Part shown: piece after piece, positions 42,610 to 52,046 of the stretch | Layout of the letters: each line of letters starts with the position of its first letter | How positions within the stretch are numbered: position 1 is the stretch's first letter | DNA from: Flavobacteriales bacterium | GTDB lineage: Bacteria > Bacteroidota > Bacteroidia > Palsa-965 | Direction: 5' to 3' | DNA length: 64,000 bases | Assembly (NCBI GenBank): GCA_040377305.1 | Contig: JBEIPA010000009.1 | Coordinates: forward strand, 32,001-96,000 | Position numbers and translations under genes: made by a program | The notes under the pieces: model-generated | What the model was told of the DNA's origin: nothing | The model's input: the letters and a program-made list of their open reading frames with translations, nothing else | Databases searched by the model: none

Positions 42610-42748
42610 AATCATTCCGGATGAAAGCCAAAAGGCATCAACCGGAAAGAAAGGACGCGGAAGCGAAATAAACGAGACTGCGTGAAGGCGCAGCGCAAGA
42701 TTGCAAGTTGCCGGTAAACTTTCGTAAACCGGCAACTTGCAATCTTGC
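42610..42748. repeat. Direct repeat copy 2, extended by a perfect 21-bp inverted repeat
   Basis: gcaagattgcaagttgccggt (42695-42715) pairs with accggcaacttgcaatcttgc (42728-42748). Confidence 0.85.
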
Positions 42749-42835
42749 TGGGGACACCCCAGACCCGCTAGCGAGTTAGATACGAAAAACGTCTTTGAAC
42801 TTTGGAGCCAGATCGAACCTAACGATTCAGTTGAA

Positions 42836-44572
42836 TTAAACGATTGACTTAATCGATGCCTGTCCAAACCAATTTCCCAATTTAGCCAGTGCACCTGCAG
42901 AAAGTTCTTGAGTAAAAAGAATTGCTAAGCGCTGTTTCGGCCGAGAACATGCAACATAAAACAAATTTCTGTTCTCTTCGAAATTTGCCTGTTGATCCGC
43001 GGCAATTGCGGTTCCTGCACGTTCCAACATTTTGTTGAAGTTATATTTGCTCCACCCCCGGCCTACAACTACGAGAACATTCTCGAATTCCGCTCCTTTT
43101 ACACCATGCTTTGTCGAGAATGGACTATAGTCATTAACGTATTTAGAAAGTGCAATAATTTCACTGTAGGATACGCTTCTGAATTTCTCGTTGTGTTCAA
43201 CCTTTTTCTTGAGTTCTTCTCCGGCATCATCAGTTGCCTTTGCAATTGCATGTTCGTTAATTTCGATCTTATCTGATAAGCGAGGACGCATACATTCTTT
43301 CAGGTGATCAAGCACTTCACCAATTGAAGCGTTGGAGCGAAGCACATCAAGTTTCTTCATATCCTCTGCCCATTTCAATTTATCATCATGTGAATTAACA
43401 TGAACAGTGCGCTGATCCATCACGCTAAACATTTGACCGAATCGCTTATTTGCATACGCCTGAGATACTGGCTCGAGCGTATCCAAAAAGAAAGCTATGT
43501 ACGGATCTTCCTTCTTGATAAACTGATCGGTGTTTGAAAAAAGATCCGCAATGCCTTTATATCCTTGCTCACTAGCCAACCCCTTGTGTGTTAGCATGAG
43601 GATTTTCGACTTGCTGGAAGTGAAGTCCCATCCTTCGCTTGCCAAGCGAGCTTTCAATTCTTCTAGATAACGATGTGATTCTGCTGCCGGTAAATCACCC
43701 GCCCAATGCGCACCAGTCAATCTTGATCCCGTCCAACCATTGGTGTGGTACACCGTAACTTCCCCCAAGTTTTCCTCGTCACTAACGTTCTGCGGAAGTT
43801 CGGGACGCATCCTATTAAGACTATCTACGATTTTCTTAGCCGATCGGAAATTGGCTTTTTTCCCAATCATCTTCAGGTTAGCATGTTCGATTTTGCCACA
43901 GCCGTTTCCGTATATTTTTTGCCAATGATCTCCAAAGAACCCCAAAAGAGGGCCTTCGTTCGTACCTAGAAAGTGCGTCTTAATTGCTTCTACGACATTT
44001 GCATCAGTATCCTGATATTCGTCAATAAAAATGACTGGAAATTTATCCGTGACGATGAAACGAAACTTTTTTTCTTTGAGAAATTCTACGAGAATCCGTA
44101 AAATGTCATTGTGACTTAACCAAATTTCCGACTCCGTTATTTTGGGGTAGCCGAGATCATAGGATATTTTGCGTGAACCAACTTCCACAACTTCAGCCTC
44201 TGTCAATCGCTCCTGCCAACTTCCAATAGAAGGAAGGATCTTTCGTAGTGCTGATTGATAATCTTTAATGATCGCCCAACTGAACGCATGAATTGTTGAA
44301 GAGAAAATAGCCGGATGACTATCAGTTCGGGAAGCAATTTCGTTACTCGCAACGTTGGTATAGGTTATACACGCGATCTGTTGTTTATTACGAAGCATCG
44401 CTTTCCCGTGCTCTTTAATGAGAAAACGTAGAGCGTGAACCAAGCTATATGTCTTACCGGCTCCAGCGCCCGCCTCTAGGACAAAACTCTGTCTGTGGTG
44501 AATGCACGCAAAAACACTTTCTAATGCTTCCTTTGCGGCAATCTCTGCTGGACTTATTTTTTTCTCTATCAT
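42836..44572 (-). CDS. UvrD-like helicase, Gabija GajB-like
   Basis: AGAGAGKT, DEYQD, GDHWQKIY, NFRS, KGAEF and YVACSR. ATGA overlap with the upstream ATPase gene. Confidence 0.85.
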   Translation of the reverse strand: MIEKKISPAEIAAKEALESVFACIHHRQSFVLEAGAGAGKTYSLVHALRFLIKEHGKAMLRNKQQIACITYTNVASNEIASRTDSHPAIFSSTIHAFSWAIIKDYQSALRKILPSIGSWQERLTEAEVVEVGSRKISYDLGYPKITESEIWLSHNDILRILVEFLKEKKFRFIVTDKFPVIFIDEYQDTDANVVEAIKTHFLGTNEGPLLGFFGDHWQKIYGNGCGKIEHANLKMIGKKANFRSAKKIVDSLNRMRPELPQNVSDEENLGEVTVYHTNGWTGSRLTGAHWAGDLPAAESHRYLEELKARLASEGWDFTSSKSKILMLTHKGLASEQGYKGIADLFSNTDQFIKKEDPYIAFFLDTLEPVSQAYANKRFGQMFSVMDQRTVHVNSHDDKLKWAEDMKKLDVLRSNASIGEVLDHLKECMRPRLSDKIEINEHAIAKATDDAGEELKKKVEHNEKFRSVSYSEIIALSKYVNDYSPFSTKHGVKGAEFENVLVVVGRGWSKYNFNKMLERAGTAIAADQQANFEENRNLFYVACSRPKQRLAILFTQELSAGALAKLGNWFGQASIKSIV

Positions 44573-46632
44573 GACTTCGCCTTTTTAACTGTTGTCTTCT
44601 TTGGCGGCGGAGCAGAAGCTATAGGTGCAGCAGGAAGGGCTGCAGCTACAGGATTTTCTGCCAACCACAACAAACCATCAGCTATATATCGCGGGGTTGT
44701 CCAAGTTGTATTAGTAATTGCCCATTGGAAAGCAAACGTTGTTTTATCAATGTTCTGTGCCTTATCGTATGCATCCTTTTCCTTTTCCAAATCAGTAGTT
44801 CCGGTGAGTGGAATTAAAGATTGATTTGCCAAGATAAACGCATCTTCAAAACTGCGTCCACATGCGGTCGAACTATTCTCTGGAATCTGATATGCAAGAC
44901 GTCGATAGTGTGAGGTTTTATCGCCAGCACTTTTTCCTTTAAGAACAGTGGGAGAAATACTAGTGTCGGCAAACCATTTTTTGATCGTGGTGTTACTTGT
45001 GTGTGTACCAACGCTCACTTCACACTTTGCGCCTCCAGCACCATTTACAGAATCAATATCCGTGATGGTTAACGTTTTAAGCTGAAGAAAATCCAAAAGT
45101 CTAAAAAATATGTGCGCATACGCACCACCAACTTCTATGATAGAAACATATTGACTGGACAATTTGTGTCCGGAAGTGATTCCTACATCTGTCTTTGAAA
45201 TCATTGTTGGTAAGAGTAACCGCTCTGTAGCTCCTTCTATCAGAATCGCCTTGTCTGCAAAAAACAGATCACATTTGGTCAGGGTGATGTACTTATGTAA
45301 AAACTCCTTTTCGGCAGCCCACGCTGCGTCTGTAATTCCATTTCTTAAGTCCTTGATCTCCGTTTGTGCAACACCACCTGACCTGGAACTTAGAAAATAA
45401 CGAATAGACTCAAAACTTGATTCATTCGCAATGTGAGTGGAATGTGTCGTTATGACGAACTGTACTGGCCATTTCTTACCCGCGTTAAATTCCTTTTCAA
45501 ACTCACGAGCAATCTCATGAATTTTGCGAATAAAGACCTCTTGCATTTGCGGGTGCAGATGAGCTTCCGGCTCTTCAATGAACACTAGATGAATGCTTGG
45601 TGCAGTCGGCAAAGCCTTATAGGCCTTGAAGAACTCTAGTATCTGAAAGAGTATGTAGATGAGGTTCCGAGAACCCAACCCATTGTATGTTTCGGGTAAG
45701 CTGATTCCTTCTGCTGTTGCGTATCGGATTTTTGTATTGTCGCCTAGCAATCGTTCGACGTCCAACGAAGTTTCAGTTTGAATGTTGGGATCGCCAAGTC
45801 CCGGATAACCAAAAATTGAGAGAGCGGGAAGAAGTTTGTCAGCTTGCCGTGAGAAATCACTGTCTAACTTTTCTTGAATACCCTGCACTGCTGTTCTTAA
45901 CGCCTCAACTGTTGCCTTATCTGTTGCATCAGCTTCTTCTGAAGATGCCGCTCCAAGCAAACGCTGTAATATTTTCCCCAGTAGGTCTTTTTCCTTTTGT
46001 GTTGAATCGTCCAGCCCTCGCTGTGCATGAATAAAACCGGTCATCAATACCGACCGCAGATCGGATAACTCAAGACTTTTCTCATTCGTGAGGTCTGCCG
46101 GATCAATCGCTTTTACCGTTGTGACGTACCTTGATGAAATGCGATCCCTGATCTCTCGAAAAAATAGTTTCTTTTGCTTCACACTATCCTTTTCTTCCGC
46201 GCACTTCAGATCTTTGAACAACTCATCAATTCCGCCATCCTGCAAGCGATACGAAATTAAAGCGACCGCATCATGAGAACCCGAATCGAGATTAATGACA
46301 AAAGCTCCAAGCGGACCAAGTGATGCGCTGGTTGTGTCATAATTGAAGGTGATTCGAACTTCAATTATGGGAAGAACTTCCCGTATATCTGGTTCCGGCG
46401 CTTCAGCCACCCTCAATTGATACGCCTTCCAAAAGTCTTCGTGAGCAGATATTGAAAAATCCTCAAGAGTAAATCGAGCGGAAGTATCCGATAAGAATCG
46501 TTTCAATAATTCTGTGAAGCACGTCTTCCCCGAATTGTTTCTCCCAACAATGACTGTCGTCTCATCCTCCAAAGAGAGATGTACATCCCGGAGTATTCTG
46601 AAATTCTTAATTTCTACCTTTTGAATTTTCAT
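44569..46632 (-). CDS. OLD-family ABC-ATPase/TOPRIM nuclease, Gabija GajA-like
   Basis: GRNNSGKT, IEEPEAHLHPQMQ, TTHS, ILIEGATE and TDID. Confidence 0.88.
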   Translation of the reverse strand: MKIQKVEIKNFRILRDVHLSLEDETTVIVGRNNSGKTCFTELLKRFLSDTSARFTLEDFSISAHEDFWKAYQLRVAEAPEPDIREVLPIIEVRITFNYDTTSASLGPLGAFVINLDSGSHDAVALISYRLQDGGIDELFKDLKCAEEKDSVKQKKLFFREIRDRISSRYVTTVKAIDPADLTNEKSLELSDLRSVLMTGFIHAQRGLDDSTQKEKDLLGKILQRLLGAASSEEADATDKATVEALRTAVQGIQEKLDSDFSRQADKLLPALSIFGYPGLGDPNIQTETSLDVERLLGDNTKIRYATAEGISLPETYNGLGSRNLIYILFQILEFFKAYKALPTAPSIHLVFIEEPEAHLHPQMQEVFIRKIHEIAREFEKEFNAGKKWPVQFVITTHSTHIANESSFESIRYFLSSRSGGVAQTEIKDLRNGITDAAWAAEKEFLHKYITLTKCDLFFADKAILIEGATERLLLPTMISKTDVGITSGHKLSSQYVSIIEVGGAYAHIFFRLLDFLQLKTLTITDIDSVNGAGGAKCEVSVGTHTSNTTIKKWFADTSISPTVLKGKSAGDKTSHYRRLAYQIPENSSTACGRSFEDAFILANQSLIPLTGTTDLEKEKDAYDKAQNIDKTTFAFQWAITNTTWTTPRYIADGLLWLAENPVAAALPAAPIASAPPPKKTTVKKAKS

Positions 46633-46719
46633 GATTCAAGATTACGGGGTTCATTATTACTGGTACCTGCAGATTTCCAAAGTGTAGACGAAATGCTGTA
46701 AAACACAAGAAGGCATTAT

Positions 46720-47307
46720 CTATCCACTCCCTAACAGATTAATCAATTCTTCCCTTTTCTTATCCAGTAATGTATCAATACGCTGCCCAATTGCAAATGA
46801 CCAGGTTTCTACAGAAGCATTGTTCTTATCTACAAACTCCATAGTCATTCGCAGGACACGGCTTACCTCTTCTGTTGCCCGTTGTGGGTTAAGTTCGGGG
46901 AGATCAACTGAAATTTCAATCTGATTGGAATATGGGACAATTACACCACGATCAGAAGAATAATATGAGAATCCTTCTTCAGGAACGTGACTAAACAGCT
47001 CCCGATCGCCGGTAAATGGAATGCTGATTTCGTGAATAAAATGGTTGGGGCTCACACCTCCAACAAGCATCTGGGTATGGGTCAAGGGGACTTCTTGAAA
47101 ATCATGATCGACAAACTGCGGCTTTCCGAGCACTACGCGAGTCAGGACTACGGCATTTCTGATACGTTGCTTTGTACGTTCGAAAGCTTTATCCTCTTGA
47201 ACGTCCTTTAACTTCAGACTGTTGATCAGAGAATTTATCTGCGATTCTCGCTCCTTTTTTAAATTTGAAAAGTGCGGAAGAGCATGTGGCGAAGTAAAAT
47301 TACTCAT
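46720..47307 (-). CDS. Hypothetical protein (IPFTGDRELF motif, C-terminal coiled coil)
   Basis: 195-aa ORF starting 12 nt after the preceding stop. Confidence 0.7.
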   Translation of the reverse strand: MSNFTSPHALPHFSNLKKERESQINSLINSLKLKDVQEDKAFERTKQRIRNAVVLTRVVLGKPQFVDHDFQEVPLTHTQMLVGGVSPNHFIHEISIPFTGDRELFSHVPEEGFSYYSSDRGVIVPYSNQIEISVDLPELNPQRATEEVSRVLRMTMEFVDKNNASVETWSFAIGQRIDTLLDKKREELINLLGSG

Positions 47308-47319
47308 GCGTCGATATTA

Positions 47320-47541
47320 TTAAAGTGGAGTTGACGGAGGTTCAACAATTACTTCTACAGGAAAGCCCTCCCACTTGCCGGCATCGAGATGACTCTGCAC
47401 CGCCGCGACATTCTTCTCTGCTGCAACACCGACCTCGATGTAATCACCTGATCCACGCGTTCGCGTTGATATACTAGTGACGAACTCGTTTGAAATAATG
47501 AGAGCCTCTAGTGCCTTCTTCGATTCCTTAATGTTTTTCAT
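47320..47541 (-). CDS. 73-aa protein resembling a protease prodomain
   Basis: FVTSIS...YIEVGV...EGFPVEVIVE. ATG lies 5 nt after the protease stop. Confidence 0.65.
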   Translation of the reverse strand: MKNIKESKKALEALIISNEFVTSISTRTRGSGDYIEVGVAAEKNVAAVQSHLDAGKWEGFPVEVIVEPPSTPL

Positions 47542-47546
47542 ATTGC

Positions 47547-48485
47547 TTACTGTAAAAGTTTCCACGTTTGAAGTTGGTCAGCGACTAGAACACCTGGGTT
47601 CGCGCTAGTTCCCGTCTCACCACCGGCAAAGAGTAGGCCGACGAAATCGCCATTATCTCCGAAGATAAATGATCCTGAATCACCTCCTTGCGAGAACTGA
47701 TTGCCACCATTTATATCTGTAATCAGCAGCTGATCCACGAATAAGGCAAGCTGTCCGTTATAATTCACTCGGAAGGAGCGGTCATCTGCCTGCACAATTC
47801 CTCGTGTTCCTCCAGTAGTTGCACCAAATTTTGTGACAATTTCCCCTTGACGTGGATGATGATAATTGACGTATCCACCTATAGCAACCTGCTCGTCTGA
47901 ATCAAGTTTTGCAACCGCGAGGTCGAGCACATTCGCATGTCCATGATATCGGATCGGCACAAAATTCTGCAGGTTGCCAATATGTCTACCATCATTCCCA
48001 ATCTTGAATACATCATCCCCGATTGCAGCATCATTGCAATTTGCGAGGACGTGATTATTACTAACAATGTGAGAAACCTTATTCCGGTTTCTGTCTATTG
48101 TGAAGCCGCCTAGAGTACCCCAGGTTGGTAGTGCCTGATGTGCGACTCGATCTCCTACCTGAAGAGCAGCGAACTGAGGAACGTCAATTACAGCGTTGCG
48201 CACAGAAATCTGCATTGGATTAAGACCAAACTTGCGCGCAATGTCATTTTTCACGCAACTACAAGAATGACCGTTGCATATTTGCGCATCGAAGACGAGC
48301 TGAAGCATAGAGCCACGGATCGTGCATACACTTAATAATAAGTCGCCATAGTTGGCGCCGCTGAAGTTGCGTGTTTTGCCGTAGAATGATTCAGATATGA
48401 ATCCAATGCTTTCGTTGGCCAAAGATGAATATGAAGGTTGAAGTGCGCTTCTGAAATAGTCGCGTGCGTTGTAGAGTTGTTTCAT
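47547..48485 (-). CDS. Nal1-like trypsin-fold (S1) serine protease, no signal peptide
   Basis: GTLG, SNNHV (His), DLAVA (Asp), KFGATTG, GDSGS (Ser) and GLLFAG. Confidence 0.85.
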   Translation of the reverse strand: MKQLYNARDYFRSALQPSYSSLANESIGFISESFYGKTRNFSGANYGDLLLSVCTIRGSMLQLVFDAQICNGHSCSCVKNDIARKFGLNPMQISVRNAVIDVPQFAALQVGDRVAHQALPTWGTLGGFTIDRNRNKVSHIVSNNHVLANCNDAAIGDDVFKIGNDGRHIGNLQNFVPIRYHGHANVLDLAVAKLDSDEQVAIGGYVNYHHPRQGEIVTKFGATTGGTRGIVQADDRSFRVNYNGQLALFVDQLLITDINGGNQFSQGGDSGSFIFGDNGDFVGLLFAGGETGTSANPGVLVADQLQTWKLLQ

Positions 48486-48536
48486 GCCAGGTACTGTATA
48501 GGTGTTTACAATTTCGTTTTAGTTGGGGGAATAGAA

Positions 48537-48569
48537 ACCTTGTCGGCAGAGAGTTTCTGCCGACAAGGT
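48537..48569. terminator. 14-bp perfect hairpin between the small peptide gene and the protease
   Basis: accttgtcggcaga-gagtt-tctgccgacaaggt; only a short T-run follows on the minus strand. Confidence 0.65.
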
Positions 48570-48581
48570 GAACCTGAAGAA

Positions 48582-48710
48582 TTACTTCTTCTTGCGGTCG
48601 GTTTCTTTTACCGTGGTGTTAGGATGGCTTTTCCCGTAGCTCGGTTTGACGTACTGACCCGTCTTTGCACTACGATACTTGCTCCCACCGGAAGTAGATT
48701 TTTTACTCAT
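48582..48710 (-). CDS. 42-aa basic small protein (absent from the ORF track)
   Basis: Hand translation: MSKKSTSGGSKYRSAKTGQYVKPSYGKSHPNTTVKETDRKKK. Confidence 0.7.
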   Translation of the reverse strand: MSKKSTSGGSKYRSAKTGQYVKPSYGKSHPNTTVKETDRKKK

Positions 48711-49036
48711 ACTTACTGAGGATTTATAGCTCGCCCACAAGGAATGTAGGTATGGGAGAAATTCCTACTGTGATTTGGAAATGTCGATTGACGAGCTATA
48801 TTTGCGACCTCTTACATCACAATTTTCAACCCGGGGCGCTTTATCAAATCACGTATAGGCGCAACGGGTTGTTAATCAAACTTTGTTCCAACAGAAATTT
48901 CCTGTCAATTCTTCAGTCCGCATATCGATCCAATGGCACCGATGGACTGACAAAAGCTCCAAAGGATCGAATTTGTCATGTTCGAACTGTCAGCCTGTCA
49001 GGTTTGAATAGATGTGATTGCTCGTGCCAATGACGG

Positions 49037-49846
49037 TTATCGCTCACGCCGATAGTGTTTTGTCTTGTGTCGTTTGGAGGTTGACGCTTCCCATGTTAAT
49101 GCATCGGGGAGCAATTTATTGAAGCGGTACTTTCGCTGATCATGAAGTACACCATAAATCTTCCCGCCACGTTCATACGTTTGCATTCCTTGCTTGCCTA
49201 ACAATGAATAAAACTCTTCTGGAGAAGATGATTGCTGTCGGCATGCTTGTATCACGTTCCTCACTTGCGTGCGCTTGCTTACTTTTCCTGCTCGCCCCAT
49301 TAATTGGACATCCGAATCCGCAAGTGTCTGCGACCTCCAACCGTGACGTACTACCGATCTAGACAGTTCCGGGAACTTCTCAATTTGATAGTGTTGAAAG
49401 TTCTTCTTCAGATCGGTCAGTTCCTGTCGCGACATCCGCATACTCTTTCCGGTACGGTATTCAATCGCAGAAGAACAGACATGGACATGAACATGGTAGC
49501 GGTCGAAGTGCGGCACTGCAACGTAACACCCTTTTGGATTCCGCATCTTGATATATTGTCTTATCAGCAACGCAAGTTTTTCCTGAGTGAGATGCTTCGT
49601 GTCGTCTCTATGAAAGGAAATAATCTCGTGATTTAGGTAAACAGAATTGGAGCGTTTACGAAGCCGGTGCTTCTCATTTTCCTTGAAGGATTTTACCCAA
49701 TCTTCAATGGCTGTGCCCCGAACATTATGCTTGATCACAAAACTTTTTCCGTGAGAGTCAAACAACCGTTCATCGTTATCAATCATGTAACGGAGTAGGT
49801 ATTCAAACTTAGGTCGTTTGTGAGTCAGGATTTTTACGAGCGGCAT
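49037..49846 (-). CDS. Relaxase (MOBP-like HUH)
   Basis: YLLRY (motif I), HEIISF (motif II) and HFDRYHVHVH (motif III). Confidence 0.88.
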   Translation of the reverse strand: MPLVKILTHKRPKFEYLLRYMIDNDERLFDSHGKSFVIKHNVRGTAIEDWVKSFKENEKHRLRKRSNSVYLNHEIISFHRDDTKHLTQEKLALLIRQYIKMRNPKGCYVAVPHFDRYHVHVHVCSSAIEYRTGKSMRMSRQELTDLKKNFQHYQIEKFPELSRSVVRHGWRSQTLADSDVQLMGRAGKVSKRTQVRNVIQACRQQSSSPEEFYSLLGKQGMQTYERGGKIYGVLHDQRKYRFNKLLPDALTWEASTSKRHKTKHYRRER

Positions 49847-50396
49847 TGTTTATTATCGTTAGTAATCGTTCTCTCAGTGCAGCGTCGGTTCGTGCGGCTT
49901 CACTCACCGCCACTTCGAGCATAGATGGAAAATCAAAAAGGTTGCGGATCTCCGTTTCCATGCGCGTAATGCGCTCTTCAATTACTGAGTACTTTTCTTC
50001 AATCGTGAAAAGAGACACCCTGCTTCTTATTTCAGTAATAACCCGAATGTCGTTCAGACATGATTCCAATAATGCGGCGAGTTTTCCAACGAGGACATTA
50101 TTTGGAATTAGGTATTTGCGTTCGATGTACGCGATCGTGGCCAATCGGAGGAATGCAGTAACGCTCATCTTGTGTCGTTTCGCTGCAGTCAAAACTTTGC
50201 CATAGTCACCATTGTGTTTTGATAGCTGAACCATAAACTCAGGTTTAACCTTGCGAAGCTGACTTTTGTATTCCCGCATATACACCTTGCGGTATTGGCG
50301 GCGCACTCCTTGTATTTCTTCTGGTGTTCCATTATTAAGAACGCCCGACGCTTCAAGGAACTGCCACAATGCATGGTGTTTCCCCTTCTTACTCAC
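49809..50396 (-). CDS. MobC-like relaxosome accessory protein (RHH-like)
   Basis: AAKRHKMSVTAFLR pattern; overlaps the relaxase start. Confidence 0.65.
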   Translation of the reverse strand: MSKKGKHHALWQFLEASGVLNNGTPEEIQGVRRQYRKVYMREYKSQLRKVKPEFMVQLSKHNGDYGKVLTAAKRHKMSVTAFLRLATIAYIERKYLIPNNVLVGKLAALLESCLNDIRVITEIRSRVSLFTIEEKYSVIEERITRMETEIRNLFDFPSMLEVAVSEAARTDAALRERLLTIINNAARKNPDSQTT

Positions 50397-51835
50397 GAAC
50401 CGTAGTTATTAGTGCCCAGAGGTAGCATAGAAATTGATTGTGCAGCATCACCGCGCATAATTGGGGGCTGTATAGCCATATACGCGCGATAGCGAAACGA
50501 TTTGTACGCAGGTCGCACATGGGCTAGGATCGGCGGATGTGAGCCGCAAATAAGCAATGCGCGATTAGGCTTGAGCATTCGAATTGAATCGTTGGTAAGC
50601 AGTGGAACAATCTCGCGCTTGCCATCTTCAGTCTTGTGTTCAGTCTTACCGAGAATGTCCGACAGTTCCTTCGTCGCTTCTAATCCGCCACCACCGAAAT
50701 ACACTTTTGAAGAACAGTTCGTGCGAATCGTTTCTGCATCTGCCTTGCCGTATGCATTCACAATTTGATTGAAGTCTTGAACTATCGCCATGAATCCGGC
50801 GCGGAATTTTCTGACGTTCGCGAATGCCGCAGGAAGTACCGGTACTTTCGCCATTGACCCGAATTCGTCGATGAGCATGAAAATATTCTGCTCATCATCT
50901 TCCGGAAAACGCGAAAGTAAATAACCTGTGAGTTGCTCAAAGAAAATCGCGTTGAGTACGCTGAAGTATGCCATGTCGCTTATTGATGACTGCAAGTAAA
51001 GAACGGTCGGTCGTTTTCTAAATTCAGAAAAATCAATCGTGTCAGTTGACGTAACACGTGCGACTGTATCATTCGCGAACAGCGTCAATGCAGACTTTGC
51101 CGAGGCGATAATTGAGGTAAGCAATTTATCATCGTATGTGATGAACGATTTATATTCGTTATACAATACTGGATCTGCGTAACGAACAAATAGAGCGTCA
51201 ATTGGATTGCTCGAACCTTCGTCAGACTTTTCGCCGAGCTGATTGAGCAATTGTCGAACATTATACAGATTCTGAAACTCCTTGCTTTGTGTCTTTAAGA
51301 TGGCAAAAAGTATTGCTAGCAATGTCGTTGCTTGGGTCTCCCAGAATGGGTCGGAGGTCTTGCCACCTGATAGTGAAGTACGCACGAGCATCGCTGCAAG
51401 TTTTTGTATCTCGTTCTGACTTTTGGCACGACTCAATGGATTAAATCCGCACGAGATGTCGGCGTTTCCGAAGTGAAGTATTTTTACAACATATCCTTCC
51501 TGTTCCAAATACCCGGCACTCGCCTTGAACAATTCGCCACTGGGATCTGCGACAAAAAAAGAACCACGCATTGCGAACAAACTTGAGAGTGCAGTTACCT
51601 GGCTCTTTCCGGAACCACTTTGTCCTGTTACTAGGCAGTTGGTGAAGGAGTCCTTGACAGTTATTTGCTTGCGCCCTGTTAATGAAAATCCTTTGTTCCA
51701 TCTCGAAAGTAGTACGCCTTCAGAAGCGAACTTTGCGTGATATCCTTTTTTGTCAGACGATCCAAAAAGCATCGACAGTAACTCGAAGAGTATTTTGAAT
51801 ATGGTTTCAACTATAGAGGTAAGGATTTCAAGCAT
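50393..51835 (-). CDS. VirD4/TraG-like type IV coupling protein
   Basis: GQSGSGKS (Walker A), DPSGE, FNPL, DPFW, LIDEFG (Walker B) and QDFNQ. Confidence 0.9.
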   Translation of the reverse strand: MLEILTSIVETIFKILFELLSMLFGSSDKKGYHAKFASEGVLLSRWNKGFSLTGRKQITVKDSFTNCLVTGQSGSGKSQVTALSSLFAMRGSFFVADPSGELFKASAGYLEQEGYVVKILHFGNADISCGFNPLSRAKSQNEIQKLAAMLVRTSLSGGKTSDPFWETQATTLLAILFAILKTQSKEFQNLYNVRQLLNQLGEKSDEGSSNPIDALFVRYADPVLYNEYKSFITYDDKLLTSIIASAKSALTLFANDTVARVTSTDTIDFSEFRKRPTVLYLQSSISDMAYFSVLNAIFFEQLTGYLLSRFPEDDEQNIFMLIDEFGSMAKVPVLPAAFANVRKFRAGFMAIVQDFNQIVNAYGKADAETIRTNCSSKVYFGGGGLEATKELSDILGKTEHKTEDGKREIVPLLTNDSIRMLKPNRALLICGSHPPILAHVRPAYKSFRYRAYMAIQPPIMRGDAAQSISMLPLGTNNYGS

Positions 51836-51840
51836 GGTGA

Positions 51841-52026
51841 TTATTGTTTAGCGTGTACTTTCTCTTTAAGCCATTTCGCAAGTGCTGTGAAAATCGCTGC
51901 GAGCAATTCGCAGATTGTCCAAAACAGAAACAGTAGTAGTCTACCGACGAGCTTGATCAGGAATACAAACAGCTTTCCTAACATTCTGAGAAGCCACTTG
52001 CAGATCGACCGAAGAATTTCCTTCAT
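51841..52026 (-). CDS. 61-aa hydrophobic/amphipathic small protein
   Basis: Almost entirely Leu/Phe/Ile/Lys; sits within the operon. Confidence 0.65.
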   Translation of the reverse strand: MKEILRSICKWLLRMLGKLFVFLIKLVGRLLLFLFWTICELLAAIFTALAKWLKEKVHAKQ

Positions 52027-52046
52027 GTGTCATAAGTTTGGAATGG

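Noticed and set aside
48845-48863. TAGGCGCA as the displaced 3' end (attR) of the broken tRNA
   Set aside because: It complements GCGCCTA, but no T-stem or TTC loop lies at the right spacing upstream. Probably chance.
48900-49000. Repeated CTGTCA/TGACA hexamers as integrase arm sites
   Set aside because: Too short and irregularly spaced to distinguish from chance without comparative data.
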